Origin: a virus
Virus record (IMG/VR): IMGVR_UViG_3300011113_000664
Coordinates: 64,001-128,000 of that record
DNA: 64,000 nucleotides
Reading direction: 5' to 3' (one strand)
Part shown: positions 29,662-39,746 of the stretch, piece by piece
How the letters are laid out: every line of letters starts with the position of its first letter
Position numbering within the stretch: the stretch's first letter is position 1
The notes under the pieces: model-generated
Told to the model about the DNA's origin: nothing
The model's database searches: none
The model's input: the letters and a program-made list of their open reading frames with translations, nothing else
Position numbers and translations under genes: made by a program

Positions 29662-30609
29662 ATGAGTGAATTAACATACGGAAAAAATTTTCAAAAAAGT
29701 TCATTTGGTACGAATGTTCCTTTAACAATAAATAAAAATATTTATGTTGCTAAAGTTATTGATGTTAAAGATGATAAAAATGTTGGTAGAATTAAAGTTT
29801 ATATTGATGGTTTGGACCATTCAAATATTAATTTACCTTATGCTTATCCATTAATGTCAAGAATAATACATGTAATGCCACAAGTTGGTGAACTTGTTTT
29901 AGTATTCTTTGCCGATGCAAAAAAAGAAAAAGAGAATCAAAAATATCAAAATAGATTTTGGATTGGCCCAATAATTACAAATTATGAACATGTAAATTTT
30001 GATAGTCAGGATGTGTTAAATTCTGCAACTAATATTTTAACATATACTAACTTATCTGACCCATTACAAACCAAATCAAAAAATAAAAAAAATACAGAAA
30101 GAGGGTTATTTCCAATTGATACTGAGACACCACCATTAGTAAATAATTTAAATGATATTACCATTGTTGGAAAAAACAACACAGATATTACTCAATCCGA
30201 TAATAAAATTAAATTAAGAGCAGGTAAACATAAAAAAAATAAACCAACTGAAACTAATACAAAAAATCCTGTTTATTCGGTATTAGAATTTATTGATGAA
30301 AATACATCTTATTCTCTAACCGCAGGTGATGAAATTTATTTAATTAGCCATAAAGGTCGATTTAGATTTAAAAAAACTTTAACAAATAAAGATATAGGTG
30401 ATTTAAAACAAAATGCTCAATCAATGCTCTATGGTGAACTAACTGTTCAATATTTAAAAGTTTTAACTGAAGTTTTTTTAAATCATATACATCAACATCC
30501 AAGTCAAGCACCAACATATGGTGCAACATCACCGTTTAAAATCGAAGATTTGAGAAGACAATTGCAAAACATTGAACAATTATTGGCAAAAAACATAAAA
30601 ATTAATTAA
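29662..30609 (+). CDS. Baseplate central spike (gp5/gpV-like OB-fold)
   Basis: VIDVKD..GRIKV, PQVGELVLVFF, RFWIG; C-terminal NHIH metal-binding tip motif. Confidence 0.8.
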   Translation: MSELTYGKNFQKSSFGTNVPLTINKNIYVAKVIDVKDDKNVGRIKVYIDGLDHSNINLPYAYPLMSRIIHVMPQVGELVLVFFADAKKEKENQKYQNRFWIGPIITNYEHVNFDSQDVLNSATNILTYTNLSDPLQTKSKNKKNTERGLFPIDTETPPLVNNLNDITIVGKNNTDITQSDNKIKLRAGKHKKNKPTETNTKNPVYSVLEFIDENTSYSLTAGDEIYLISHKGRFRFKKTLTNKDIGDLKQNAQSMLYGELTVQYLKVLTEVFLNHIHQHPSQAPTYGATSPFKIEDLRRQLQNIEQLLAKNIKIN

Positions 30610-30624
30610 AGTTTGAAATAAAAA

Positions 30625-30634
30625 ACTATTTATA
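30625..30634 (+). promoter_or_regulatory. Late-promoter motif ACTATTTATA (sheath)
   Basis: Recurrent motif, 15 nt before the ATG. Confidence 0.75.
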
Positions 30635-30649
30635 ATAAAATATTATAAA

Positions 30650-33409
30650 ATGGCAAATTTTAATTTCAAATCACCTAGCGTTAAATTTCAAGAAATAGAC
30701 AGAAGTTTCGCTTCAACCCCATCATTGGGGATAACATCAGTTGGTATGGTTGGTGAAACCTTGAAAGGGCCAGCTTTTTCACCTGTTTTGGTTACAACAA
30801 AAGCTGAATTTAGGAGATATTTTGGTGGAACATCTACCGAAAAATTTTCTAATGGGAAGATGAAATTCTTAGCACCAACTTATGCAAATTCATTTTTAGA
30901 AGAAGGTGACCAATTATATTTCACAAGAATTCTTGGAAAATCAGGATATAATGCAGGTAGAGGTTGGGCTATAACTGTTGGTGGTGCTTGTTTAGCATCA
31001 ACTTCAGCACAAACATCAACACTTTCAAGTTCCACAGGTACAACAACATTTAGTGGTTCAAATGTAGTAACATTTACTGCAAATTCTGTTAATTATAGTT
31101 TTTCAATTACAGGAAATGGAACATATGATAATGTTTCTAATATAACATTTGTAAGAAATAGTTCAGGAGTGTTTACTGCATCAAGTGCATTTGTAACAGT
31201 TTCTTCTTATTATAGTGCATCAACAACAAACATTAGTGGTTCTGCCACATTTACTTCTTTCACTTATACAGCACAGACAGACCAAACCTATGATAATATG
31301 GTTGTTGCTTTATTAAGAAGTAGAGGTACAGGTTTACGAGATGCAGCTACATTTAGGGTAAGTTCAGTAACAGGAACATTTACAGCCACTAATGGTAATC
31401 CACTTGCAAATTTTACATTAACCGCTGTAGGTGCAAGCGTATCAGAAAATTTACAGTTTAACTTGGATGTAACTTCTTCAAGTTATATTTCTAAAGCAAT
31501 GGGAAGTAAAAATTCAGATGCAAAGTCAAACTTATGGGTTGAAGCAGTTTATCCTGATTTAATTAGAAAACTTGCTACTGATGGTACTATTAGTGGTATT
31601 AATAATGTAGTTCCATTTACAAGTGGTACTTTTTCTGATTATACAGCGCAATATACAAATCCTGAAACACCTTGGATTGTTTCTGAAATTAATGGTAGTA
31701 ACATAACTAGATTGTTTAAATTTATTTCATATTCTGATGGTGATGCAGCAAATAAAGAAGTAAAAATTGCAATTGAAAATATTAATCCAACAACAAAAGA
31801 GTTTGATGTTGTGATTAGAGATTACAATGATACTGATGCAAATCCTTCAATTCTTGAAAGATTTGGAAGATGTACTATGAACCCTAATAGTAATAACTTT
31901 ATTATGAGAAGAATTGGTGGTGTTTATAGTAATGCTGATGAATCATTCTTAGAAGATGCAAGGTCTGCTTATGTTTATGTAAATGTTAATGTAAATGCAT
32001 CTATAACATCAATTCCTTGTGGTTTTGAAGGTTATAATTTTAGAAATTATACTGTAGGTGGTGCTAGTACAGCAAATACTCCTGTAATGGTTTATAAAAA
32101 GAGTTATGATAGTGCGGATAAACCACTTAAAACATATCTTGGTATTTCAGAAAAAGCTTTTGATACTGCAAATACTAGGGGTCTTTCAATAAATGATGAC
32201 TTGTTTAAATTTATTGGTGCTAATACTTCAGCAAGTAGTTATACAAAAACTAAAGGTTTCCATTTGGATTCAGGTGCTACAGGAACTTATGTTGATTCTC
32301 AAAATAATGCAATTGGTCAATTTGAAGTAGGTTTAGGTTCAATAACAAATACTGCAAGTGTTGGAATAGGAACTTACTATGCTGATATTACAAAACGCAA
32401 ATTTGTTCTTGTTCCGGCAGGTGGTTTTGATGGTTGGGATATAAACTATGAAATGACAGGTGGAAGGTCAATTGGAAGTACATTTGAAGTAGGTCAGGCT
32501 GATGAATTTGATGAATCAGATTACAATGCTTACAAAGAGGCATATCAAATCTATGAAGATACTGAAAGAACACCAATTAACTTATTTACAACTCCGGGTA
32601 TAAATTGGGATGATAATTTAGGTTTAGTTGAAGATGTTATTGAAATTGTTGAAGAAGTACGTCAAGATGCTCTTTACATTATTGATGCTCCTGATGCAAA
32701 TCTTAATAGTACACCAACTGTTGCAGCAGGTACTTATGCTGATGCTCTTGATGCATCGGGAATTGATTCTTCTTATGCTGCTACTTATGTACCTTGGGTT
32801 AGAAGAAAAGACCCTGATTCAAATACAAACATTTATATTCCACCAACAGGTGAAATTTTAAAAGCAATGGCACTTGCTGATAGAACTTCGTTTATTTGGT
32901 TTGCAACAGCAGGTTTAAATAGAGGTGGTCTTCCAAATGCTAGAGATGTAAGAAAAACATTTAAAGAGTCTGATAGAGATACACTATATCTTGCAAGATT
33001 AAATCCAATTGTTAAATTCTCTAATAATACTCCTGGGATTTTCATCTATGGTCAGAAGACTTTACAAATTGCAGATACTAAACTTGATAGAATTGATGTG
33101 AGAAGACTTCTTCTTTACGCAAAACAAATCATTTCTTCTCAAGCTAGACTTTACTTGTTTGAACCTAATGATGATGTATTGGCAACTAACTTTATTGCTG
33201 AATCTAATAAGAAACTTAAAGTTATTCAAGATAACAGAGGTTTACAAACATTTAGCGTAAGATTAGATAATACATTAAATACACCTGAAAGTAGAGACAG
33301 AAATGAAATCTACTTTGTGATTGACTTGTTACCAATCGGTGCTGTTGAATTTATTGGTCTAACATTTGTTGTAAATAAATCTACAAGTTCAATTCAATTT
33401 AATGGATAA
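30650..33409 (+). CDS. Contractile tail sheath protein
   Basis: SPSVKFQEID, GETLKGPAF, WFATAGLNRG, LNPI, GQKTLQ..LDRIDVRRLL, FEPND. Confidence 0.97.
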   Translation: MANFNFKSPSVKFQEIDRSFASTPSLGITSVGMVGETLKGPAFSPVLVTTKAEFRRYFGGTSTEKFSNGKMKFLAPTYANSFLEEGDQLYFTRILGKSGYNAGRGWAITVGGACLASTSAQTSTLSSSTGTTTFSGSNVVTFTANSVNYSFSITGNGTYDNVSNITFVRNSSGVFTASSAFVTVSSYYSASTTNISGSATFTSFTYTAQTDQTYDNMVVALLRSRGTGLRDAATFRVSSVTGTFTATNGNPLANFTLTAVGASVSENLQFNLDVTSSSYISKAMGSKNSDAKSNLWVEAVYPDLIRKLATDGTISGINNVVPFTSGTFSDYTAQYTNPETPWIVSEINGSNITRLFKFISYSDGDAANKEVKIAIENINPTTKEFDVVIRDYNDTDANPSILERFGRCTMNPNSNNFIMRRIGGVYSNADESFLEDARSAYVYVNVNVNASITSIPCGFEGYNFRNYTVGGASTANTPVMVYKKSYDSADKPLKTYLGISEKAFDTANTRGLSINDDLFKFIGANTSASSYTKTKGFHLDSGATGTYVDSQNNAIGQFEVGLGSITNTASVGIGTYYADITKRKFVLVPAGGFDGWDINYEMTGGRSIGSTFEVGQADEFDESDYNAYKEAYQIYEDTERTPINLFTTPGINWDDNLGLVEDVIEIVEEVRQDALYIIDAPDANLNSTPTVAAGTYADALDASGIDSSYAATYVPWVRRKDPDSNTNIYIPPTGEILKAMALADRTSFIWFATAGLNRGGLPNARDVRKTFKESDRDTLYLARLNPIVKFSNNTPGIFIYGQKTLQIADTKLDRIDVRRLLLYAKQIISSQARLYLFEPNDDVLATNFIAESNKKLKVIQDNRGLQTFSVRLDNTLNTPESRDRNEIYFVIDLLPIGAVEFIGLTFVVNKSTSSIQFNG

Positions 33410-33424
33410 TAACAATTAAAAGAA

Positions 33425-33434
33425 ACTATTTAAA
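33425..33434 (+). promoter_or_regulatory. Late-promoter motif ACTATTTAAA (tube)
   Basis: Recurrent motif. Confidence 0.75.
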
Positions 33435-33447
33435 ATAAAGAAATAAA

Positions 33448-33942
33448 ATGCCACAAGGATTTAGAAATGTACCTACCCAATATGAACCTCTCAGACCTAA
33501 TAGATTTGAGTTGTTCTTCCCTCAAGATATTGAATTAAGTAAATATACTTGGATTGTTAATGCTGTTGATAGACCAAAAATGAAAGTTAACTCAATTCCA
33601 ATCAAATACTTGAACTATGAGCAAAAAGTTGCAGGTCATGTAACATTTGATGATTTAACTGTTGAATTAATTGACCTGCAAGGTCCATCTTCAGTTCAGT
33701 TAATTCTGGAATGGTATAGACTATGTGCTGAAAACTTAACAGGTAGAATGGGTTATGCTTCAGGTTATAAGAAAGATTTAAGACTTGTTGCACTTGACCC
33801 AACTCTTGTAGGTGTTCAACAATTTACACTTTTTGGTGCATTCATCTCTACTCTTGATTTTGGAAAGAATGAATATACTAGTGATGAGGTTCAAAAAATT
33901 ACTCTAACATTGAGTTATGATATCGCTGAAAATAACTACTAA
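33448..33942 (+). CDS. Tail tube protein (gp19-like)
   Basis: Follows the sheath; EPLRPNRF, GYASGYKKD, ITLTLSYD. Confidence 0.9.
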   Translation: MPQGFRNVPTQYEPLRPNRFELFFPQDIELSKYTWIVNAVDRPKMKVNSIPIKYLNYEQKVAGHVTFDDLTVELIDLQGPSSVQLILEWYRLCAENLTGRMGYASGYKKDLRLVALDPTLVGVQQFTLFGAFISTLDFGKNEYTSDEVQKITLTLSYDIAENNY

Positions 33943-33962
33943 AAAATAGCGATTTTAAAATT

Positions 33963-33997
33963 AAAAATTCCCATTGGTTTCCGATGGGATTTTTTTT
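33963..33997 (+). terminator. Rho-independent terminator after tail tube
   Basis: TCCCATTGG-TTT-CCGATGGGA followed by a T-run. Confidence 0.85.
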
Positions 33998-34038
33998 GGT
34001 ATAAAAGTTGTATATTTAATATTAAAACAATTAAAGAT

Positions 34039-34419
34039 ATGATAAAATATAATTTAGAAAAACACTTAAAAGATAATTGGTTCAATACCAATGATACATT
34101 TTCATTATTTGAAAAATGGATTGATGATAAAAAATTTATCACAACTGAAAATCTTTACACTTATAAAGATTTTAAAAAACAATTACAATTTGCAGGATAC
34201 GATAAAGATGAAGTTTTTGTATCATATGAAAATGACTATTTGACAGTTGATGCTAAATCAAGTATGTTAAATAGTCAGCATACAAAAAAATATTATCTAC
34301 CAACAAAGTATTATGATGTTGATAGTATTGATGTAAAGTTTGAAAAATGCATTTTAAGTATTGAATGCAAATTGAAAGAAGAAAAAGAATCAAAGGTGAT
34401 GAAAATTAAAATCAAATAA
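34039..34419 (+). CDS. Small heat-shock protein (Hsp20/alpha-crystallin)
   Basis: AGYDKDEVFVSYENDYLTV..YYLP..DVDSIDVKFEKCILSI..KIKIK. Confidence 0.8.
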   Translation: MIKYNLEKHLKDNWFNTNDTFSLFEKWIDDKKFITTENLYTYKDFKKQLQFAGYDKDEVFVSYENDYLTVDAKSSMLNSQHTKKYYLPTKYYDVDSIDVKFEKCILSIECKLKEEKESKVMKIKIK

Positions 34420-34444
34420 AAAAAGCCCCGATTTGGGGCTTTTT
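34418..34444. terminator. Bidirectional terminator between hsp20 and nrdA
   Basis: A-run, AGCCCC-GATTT-GGGGCT, T-run between convergent genes. Confidence 0.9.
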
Positions 34445-34446
34445 AA

Positions 34447-36183
34447 TTATCCTTCGCACATCAGGCATTCGGAATATAAATCTCTTTGTTGCTTTGTATC
34501 TGCTCTTAGTACAGATTCAGACCTTAAATAATAAAGTGATTTCAATCCAAGTTTCCATGCCTCAATATGAACTTGATTAATAAATTTAGCAGGAGCATCA
34601 CTAAAGAATGCAAGATTTAATGATTGTCCTTGGTCAATATATCTTTGGCGAATACCTGCTTGCCTAACAAGTTCAAGTTGATTAATTTCTTTAAATGTTT
34701 TGAATACAGCTTTTTCTTCAGCACTCATACATCTAACATTTACAACTGAACCTTTATCTTCAGATATTGCATCCCAAACTTGTGGTAAATTTTTACCTTT
34801 TGATTCAAGTAATTGTTCTAAGAATGGATTTCTTCTAATGTGTAAACCTTTAGCATCATCATCCATATAAAGATTTGCTGCTAGTGGTTCAACACCTTGT
34901 GAATAACCACCTGCAAGTTTTGATGAAGACCTATTTGGTGCAATTGCAAGAAGAGTTAAATTTCTTCTTCCTGTACCTTTACACCATTCAGGTTCACCAT
35001 ATTCTTTTGCCATATCAAATGTGGCTCTTTCAGATTCATCTCTAAGATGTTTAAAGATAATATTTGTCCATGCATTTGCTTCAATAGAAATAAATGGAAT
35101 CATTTTACTTTGAAGAAAACTATGCCATCCTAAAGCACCCAATCCTAATGCTCTTGACTTTGTAGCAAAGCGTACAGCATCTTCAATACCTTTGTAGTCA
35201 CCTGAATTACCCTTTTGAAGAAAGTCTTCCATTACTGCATCTAAAAACATTGTAGATAGATATACAGTATCAGTATCTTTCCATTCATCAAACTTTACAA
35301 GATTTAAAGAAGAAAGACAACATACTAATGTGTGGGTTTCATCAGTAGGTAAAAAGATTTCAGAACAAAGATTTGAATGTCTAATCTTTAAATCATTTTG
35401 TTTCCACCATTCAGGTACAGCATTATTAGCATTGTCAATGAACATTGTATAAGGTTCTCCTGTCTTTACTCTTTTCTTTAAAGTTTCAAGCCAAATCTCC
35501 CTTTCTTTACCATTTTTTTCAATGACTTTATTCATAAATTCATCTGTAAAGATTGCTCCTTGATGAATATTATGTGATTGTCTATTTACATCACCTTTTG
35601 GTTCTCTTACTTCAAGAAATTCTTTAAATTCGCCATGTTCTGCATTCAGATAGATAGCTACAGCACCTCTTCTTGTTTTACCTTGCTTTGATGCTAGAAT
35701 AGTTGAATCAAATGATTTAATGAATGGGATAATACCATCAGAACTACCACCTCTACCATCTTTGATTTTAGTACCGATTGCTCTAATAGCGGAAAAATCA
35801 TAAGCAGTACCTCCACCATACTTTGAAAGCATTGCCATTTCAAGGTTTTTACGATAGATTTCATACATAGAATCACCAACATGAGAAGAAAAACAGCTAA
35901 TTGGTAATGCTACATCTGTTCCAAGATTAGCCATTACAGGAGTAGATGGAATTAACCAACCTTTCCAAAGAATATCAAAAAATCTTTCTTGCAATTCAGG
36001 TTTATTAAGTAACTCTGCTGCTCTTGATGATACTCTTACATATCCATCTTTTGGTGTTTCACCATCAATAAGGTATCCACCTTTAATCGTGGTTAAATAT
36101 AATGCATTGTTACCCCATTCAGGAAAGTCAATACCAACTTTCCATCCCATATTTCTTGCTATATCGTGTGTTTCTGTTTTCAT
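34447..36183 (-). CDS. nrdA: Ribonucleotide reductase class I alpha subunit (short, no ATP cone)
   Basis: PISCF, SNLCSEI, LAIAPN, KSLYYLR, C-terminal CLMC. Confidence 0.97.
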   Translation of the reverse strand: MKTETHDIARNMGWKVGIDFPEWGNNALYLTTIKGGYLIDGETPKDGYVRVSSRAAELLNKPELQERFFDILWKGWLIPSTPVMANLGTDVALPISCFSSHVGDSMYEIYRKNLEMAMLSKYGGGTAYDFSAIRAIGTKIKDGRGGSSDGIIPFIKSFDSTILASKQGKTRRGAVAIYLNAEHGEFKEFLEVREPKGDVNRQSHNIHQGAIFTDEFMNKVIEKNGKEREIWLETLKKRVKTGEPYTMFIDNANNAVPEWWKQNDLKIRHSNLCSEIFLPTDETHTLVCCLSSLNLVKFDEWKDTDTVYLSTMFLDAVMEDFLQKGNSGDYKGIEDAVRFATKSRALGLGALGWHSFLQSKMIPFISIEANAWTNIIFKHLRDESERATFDMAKEYGEPEWCKGTGRRNLTLLAIAPNRSSSKLAGGYSQGVEPLAANLYMDDDAKGLHIRRNPFLEQLLESKGKNLPQVWDAISEDKGSVVNVRCMSAEEKAVFKTFKEINQLELVRQAGIRQRYIDQGQSLNLAFFSDAPAKFINQVHIEAWKLGLKSLYYLRSESVLRADTKQQRDLYSECLMCEG

Positions 36184-36189
36184 ATATTT

Positions 36190-37155
36190 TTAAAATAAAT
36201 CATCTACAAAGTTCCAATCTTCATTAGGTTTTGAATATGATGTTTCTCTATTGGCAAAGAAATCAGTTTGTTGTTCACCTGATGTTGCAATATAAAACCA
36301 TTCCATATCCATAAGCATTTCATCATCAACAGTATAAACAGGTGTCAACATTAACTCTTTAAGTTTTCTGTTTGCTCTGTCATACATGAAATTTTTAAGA
36401 GTTCTTTTTGAAATTGTTTCTAAATCACCAAGTTCAAATATTTTATCAATGTAATTGAATTCATTTGTTATTGCTAAATCAAGACCTCTATAAAGAGTAT
36501 CTTTTAATTCATCTGTCCAAATGTAAGGATTTTCTTCAATAAGTGTTCTAAATAATTTACAGCCTGATTCAGAATGTAAAGATTCATCACGAATAGAGAA
36601 AATCATTTGCTGACCAATACCTGTCATCATATTCTTTTTTCTAAAAGAAAGAAGAACAGCAAATGAAGAATATAATTGCATACCTTCTGCACAAGCAGAG
36701 AATAATGCAAGACTTCTAGCAATATTAGAAAGATTAGTATCATTAGGGTCGATTTCCATCAACACATTTAGTTTTGCCATTGTTTCTTCATCTTCTAAAA
36801 ATGCTTTAAAGTCTGTAAGACCCAATGTATCGTTTAGATATGAATATGCAACTGCATGGATTGTTTCAAATGCACCAAATGTACTTGCCATCATCTTAAC
36901 TTCAGGAACAGGAAACCATTTAGTTACATATGTTGACCAATAATCATTAACAACAGTTTCTGTTTGTGTAAATCCCTTTAAGATATTACCAATAACATTC
37001 TTTTCTTCAATTGTTAATTCATTGTTCCAATCTTTAACATCTTTTTGCATGTTAATTTCCGTATGTAACCAATGTGCATTTTGTTGTTTAAACCATGCTT
37101 CGTAAGCCCATTGATATTCAAATGGTTTGAATTCTAATCTTTCTTGTGTAATCAT
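36190..37155 (-). CDS. nrdB: Ribonucleotide reductase class I beta subunit
   Basis: KPFEY, ETIHAVAY, EGMQLYSSF, RDESLH, DFFANRETSY. Confidence 0.97.
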   Translation of the reverse strand: MITQERLEFKPFEYQWAYEAWFKQQNAHWLHTEINMQKDVKDWNNELTIEEKNVIGNILKGFTQTETVVNDYWSTYVTKWFPVPEVKMMASTFGAFETIHAVAYSYLNDTLGLTDFKAFLEDEETMAKLNVLMEIDPNDTNLSNIARSLALFSACAEGMQLYSSFAVLLSFRKKNMMTGIGQQMIFSIRDESLHSESGCKLFRTLIEENPYIWTDELKDTLYRGLDLAITNEFNYIDKIFELGDLETISKRTLKNFMYDRANRKLKELMLTPVYTVDDEMLMDMEWFYIATSGEQQTDFFANRETSYSKPNEDWNFVDDLF

Positions 37156-37174
37156 TTTATAAATTTATAAGTAT

Positions 37175-37208
37175 AAAAAAATCCTGCTTATATTACTACA
37201 AACAGGAT
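37175..37208 (-). terminator. Terminator-like hairpin upstream of nrdB
   Basis: Minus strand reads ATCCTGTTT, 10-nt loop, AAGCAGGAT, then a T-run. Confidence 0.6.
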
Positions 37209-37222
37209 ATGTTTTGTTATTG

Positions 37223-37477
37223 TTATTTCAATCTTGTTGTTCTATAGATGAACCAAAAAGCACCCAACAGAAATTTAGGTAATAAAATTAGTGTTAGGGT
37301 TTTTAAAAACTCTTCATCTACCCACTCAATTCCAATGAATTGCATTACCGAAAAAATTACTGTTGGTACAATCAAATATAGAGCAAATTTAGGTAAATAA
37401 AATGCAAATCCAAGAAAAAGATTGTCTAATATTTTACCTAATTTGCTGTGTACTATGTTATCTAAAAACTTTTTCAT
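37223..37477 (-). CDS. Small membrane protein
   Basis: Two hydrophobic segments; coupled to phoH. Confidence 0.7.
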   Translation of the reverse strand: MKKFLDNIVHSKLGKILDNLFLGFAFYLPKFALYLIVPTVIFSVMQFIGIEWVDEEFLKTLTLILLPKFLLGAFWFIYRTTRLK

Positions 37478-38229
37478 TATTTTTTCTTTTCATCAAATAA
37501 TTTGGTTATTTTTTGGATTAATGGACTTCTTACGCAGTCTGAATCTACAAATTCAACGACCTTAACATGGTCATCAAAATCTTTAAAATGTTTAGTTAAA
37601 AACATTAATCCATTATCTTCTTTGTCTTTAAAATCTCTTTGTCTAATATCACCAATAATAATCATTTTAGCATTTTCTTCTAAACGAGTCATTACTGTTT
37701 CTGCATTATCAACTGATACATTTTGAAATTCATCAAATATGTTAATATTATCTAAAGATAAACCTCTTAAATTACCCATTGGAATTACTTCAATAATTTT
37801 TTCTTTAAAAAGTATTTCTAAAGCAATTGGAGATAATAATTTATTTAACTGCATTGAGTAAGACATTAAAACATACTCAAGTTTTTCTTCAACACCTCCG
37901 GGTAATATACCAATATCTTCATTTTGAAGTTGTTTTAATGGTTTGAATATTCTAATTTTTGTATATTCATTATCATCACTTAAAAGTAAGTTTATTGCTT
38001 GTACTAATGCTATAAAAGTTTTACCTGCACCTGCTATACCTGTAGCAATAACATACATTGATTCATTATCTAAAATATCTCTAACAAATTTTCCTTGATT
38101 TTCTGTTTTAGGAGCAATTTTTAAATACGGCTTTCCAACCTTTTTTCTGATTTCATTTTTCTTTGCCTTTAACCTATCTTCATCAGTTTCTTCAACTTGG
38201 TATTTTTTTATTTTCCTATTCACACTCAT
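37477..38229 (-). CDS. phoH: PhoH-like ATPase
   Basis: GIAGAGKT, IGILPG, LRGLSL, DEFQN, TRL, GDIRQRD, VRSPL. Confidence 0.95.
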   Translation of the reverse strand: MSVNRKIKKYQVEETDEDRLKAKKNEIRKKVGKPYLKIAPKTENQGKFVRDILDNESMYVIATGIAGAGKTFIALVQAINLLLSDDNEYTKIRIFKPLKQLQNEDIGILPGGVEEKLEYVLMSYSMQLNKLLSPIALEILFKEKIIEVIPMGNLRGLSLDNINIFDEFQNVSVDNAETVMTRLEENAKMIIIGDIRQRDFKDKEDNGLMFLTKHFKDFDDHVKVVEFVDSDCVRSPLIQKITKLFDEKKK

Positions 38230-38235
38230 TTGTTT

Positions 38236-38757
38236 TCATGTAAATAGGTCATCGGTTAGATTTGTTTTTAAAAAAACTATTAATTTTTGGTCAAAATCCT
38301 TTATTTTTTGATATGAAAAGTTCATCTTTTTTATAATTGTCTTATTGTCATAATGTTTCAAATATTTATTTTCATAAAAATTTTTTAATGTTTCATCTTG
38401 ACAAATTTTCATAATTTCATTAAGGGAATCAAATTGTTTTTCATAATCTGTTGTAATAAAAACAGGTTCAATAGTTTGTTCTTTATCATCAATTGATGTG
38501 TACTTTTTATATTTTTTTCTGTTAATCTTCCTTACATAATCATAAAAATGATTTTGTGTAACAGTATACACCCAATTATCTAAAGTTTTTTTATTTAACT
38601 TCTTATGGTAATTAATAATAATTTTGCTCATTGTTTCCGCACTTAAATCTTTTGAAAGTTGTGCATCGGAGGTTTTTGAGTAAAAATAATTCAAGACTAA
38701 TTTTTCATACTTTTTGTAAATTTGTTTGTCTAACTTTTCCTTTTCTATATCCAACAT
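38236..38757 (-). CDS. ECF-like RNA polymerase sigma factor
   Basis: Region-2-like Y.KY..LV.NYF..DLSAET..WVYTVTQN.FYDYVRK; degenerate region 4. Confidence 0.7.
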   Translation of the reverse strand: MLDIEKEKLDKQIYKKYEKLVLNYFYSKTSDAQLSKDLSAETMSKIIINYHKKLNKKTLDNWVYTVTQNHFYDYVRKINRKKYKKYTSIDDKEQTIEPVFITTDYEKQFDSLNEIMKICQDETLKNFYENKYLKHYDNKTIIKKMNFSYQKIKDFDQKLIVFLKTNLTDDLFT

Positions 38758-38783
38758 TAAAATTTTTCATTATACTTTATAGC

Positions 38784-39746
38784 TTATTGTTTTAAATTCG
38801 TTTTCATTAGTTCAAATATATAATCTTTTCCATTATTTTGTATATTTTCATTCAAATCAGCATTATCTTCATAGGTTTGTATCATTACATTTGTTAAACC
38901 TAAGTTCAATAATCGTTCCTGAATTTCTAAAGATGAATTTGGTGTCTTAGAATAGTTAAAATCTTGTCTTTTTTCTATTGCATCAGGATTTAACATTATA
39001 ATAACATTTGGTTTATATTTTATTAATTTTGATAAAATATTATCTTGTAAAGACTTACCTAATAATACAATAGTATTAATAGGAATTGTAGTGTATTCAA
39101 AATATGCTTCAACAATATAAACCGTTGAGTTCCAATTTATATGTTTTTCATTAAAAATTATCTCTTTTTTATCTGCTTGTGGTAATTTATAAGCATGATG
39201 TTTATCAACATCATTTGTAAATGCTCTAGTAATATAAAAATTTATTTTACCATTCAAATCATATGATGGTATTACAATTCTATTTTTATAATAACCTTCA
39301 AGACAGAAACCTAAGTTGTCTCTTTTTATTAAAAAATCAGAAACCTTTCTATTTTTTAAATATGTATATGCTTGAACATGTAATGGATTTGTTTTATCCA
39401 TTTTTTGAAAAGAGATAAATTCTTTTGGGAGACCAAAAATTTTATATTTCTTTATTTGTGACAAAATAACAGGTTCATTTTCATATTTTAAAAATTCTGC
39501 AATTTGTTTTCTTGTTGCATACTTTTTAAACACAAAAAATAATGGTCCTGACAAACCACACTTCCAACACTTACATACTTTATTGTATTTTCCCCTATTA
39601 TTTAATGATATATTAACTTCAAGATTATATTTATCATCAGCAACACCATAATTTAATTTAGCGCATTCAGGACAATTAAATTGCATCTGTGTTGATGCAT
39701 TATTTTTGGGATGACCAAAAACTTCTTCAAGAAGATTATAAATCAT
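38784..39746 (-). CDS. DNA primase-like protein (Zn finger + TOPRIM, degenerate acidic motifs)
   Basis: CPEC..CWKC, YLKNR, RIVIP, TOPRIM-like VEAYFE, LLGK, LNPDA, DLNE. Confidence 0.8.
   Translation of the reverse strand: MIYNLLEEVFGHPKNNASTQMQFNCPECAKLNYGVADDKYNLEVNISLNNRGKYNKVCKCWKCGLSGPLFFVFKKYATRKQIAEFLKYENEPVILSQIKKYKIFGLPKEFISFQKMDKTNPLHVQAYTYLKNRKVSDFLIKRDNLGFCLEGYYKNRIVIPSYDLNGKINFYITRAFTNDVDKHHAYKLPQADKKEIIFNEKHINWNSTVYIVEAYFEYTTIPINTIVLLGKSLQDNILSKLIKYKPNVIIMLNPDAIEKRQDFNYSKTPNSSLEIQERLLNLGLTNVMIQTYEDNADLNENIQNNGKDYIFELMKTNLKQ

Noticed and set aside
9004-37155. Introns, inteins or homing endonucleases in terL, portal, MCP or nrdAB
   Set aside because: The ORFs are continuous and of ordinary or short length, with no intein, HNH, GIY-YIG or LAGLIDADG motifs recognised.
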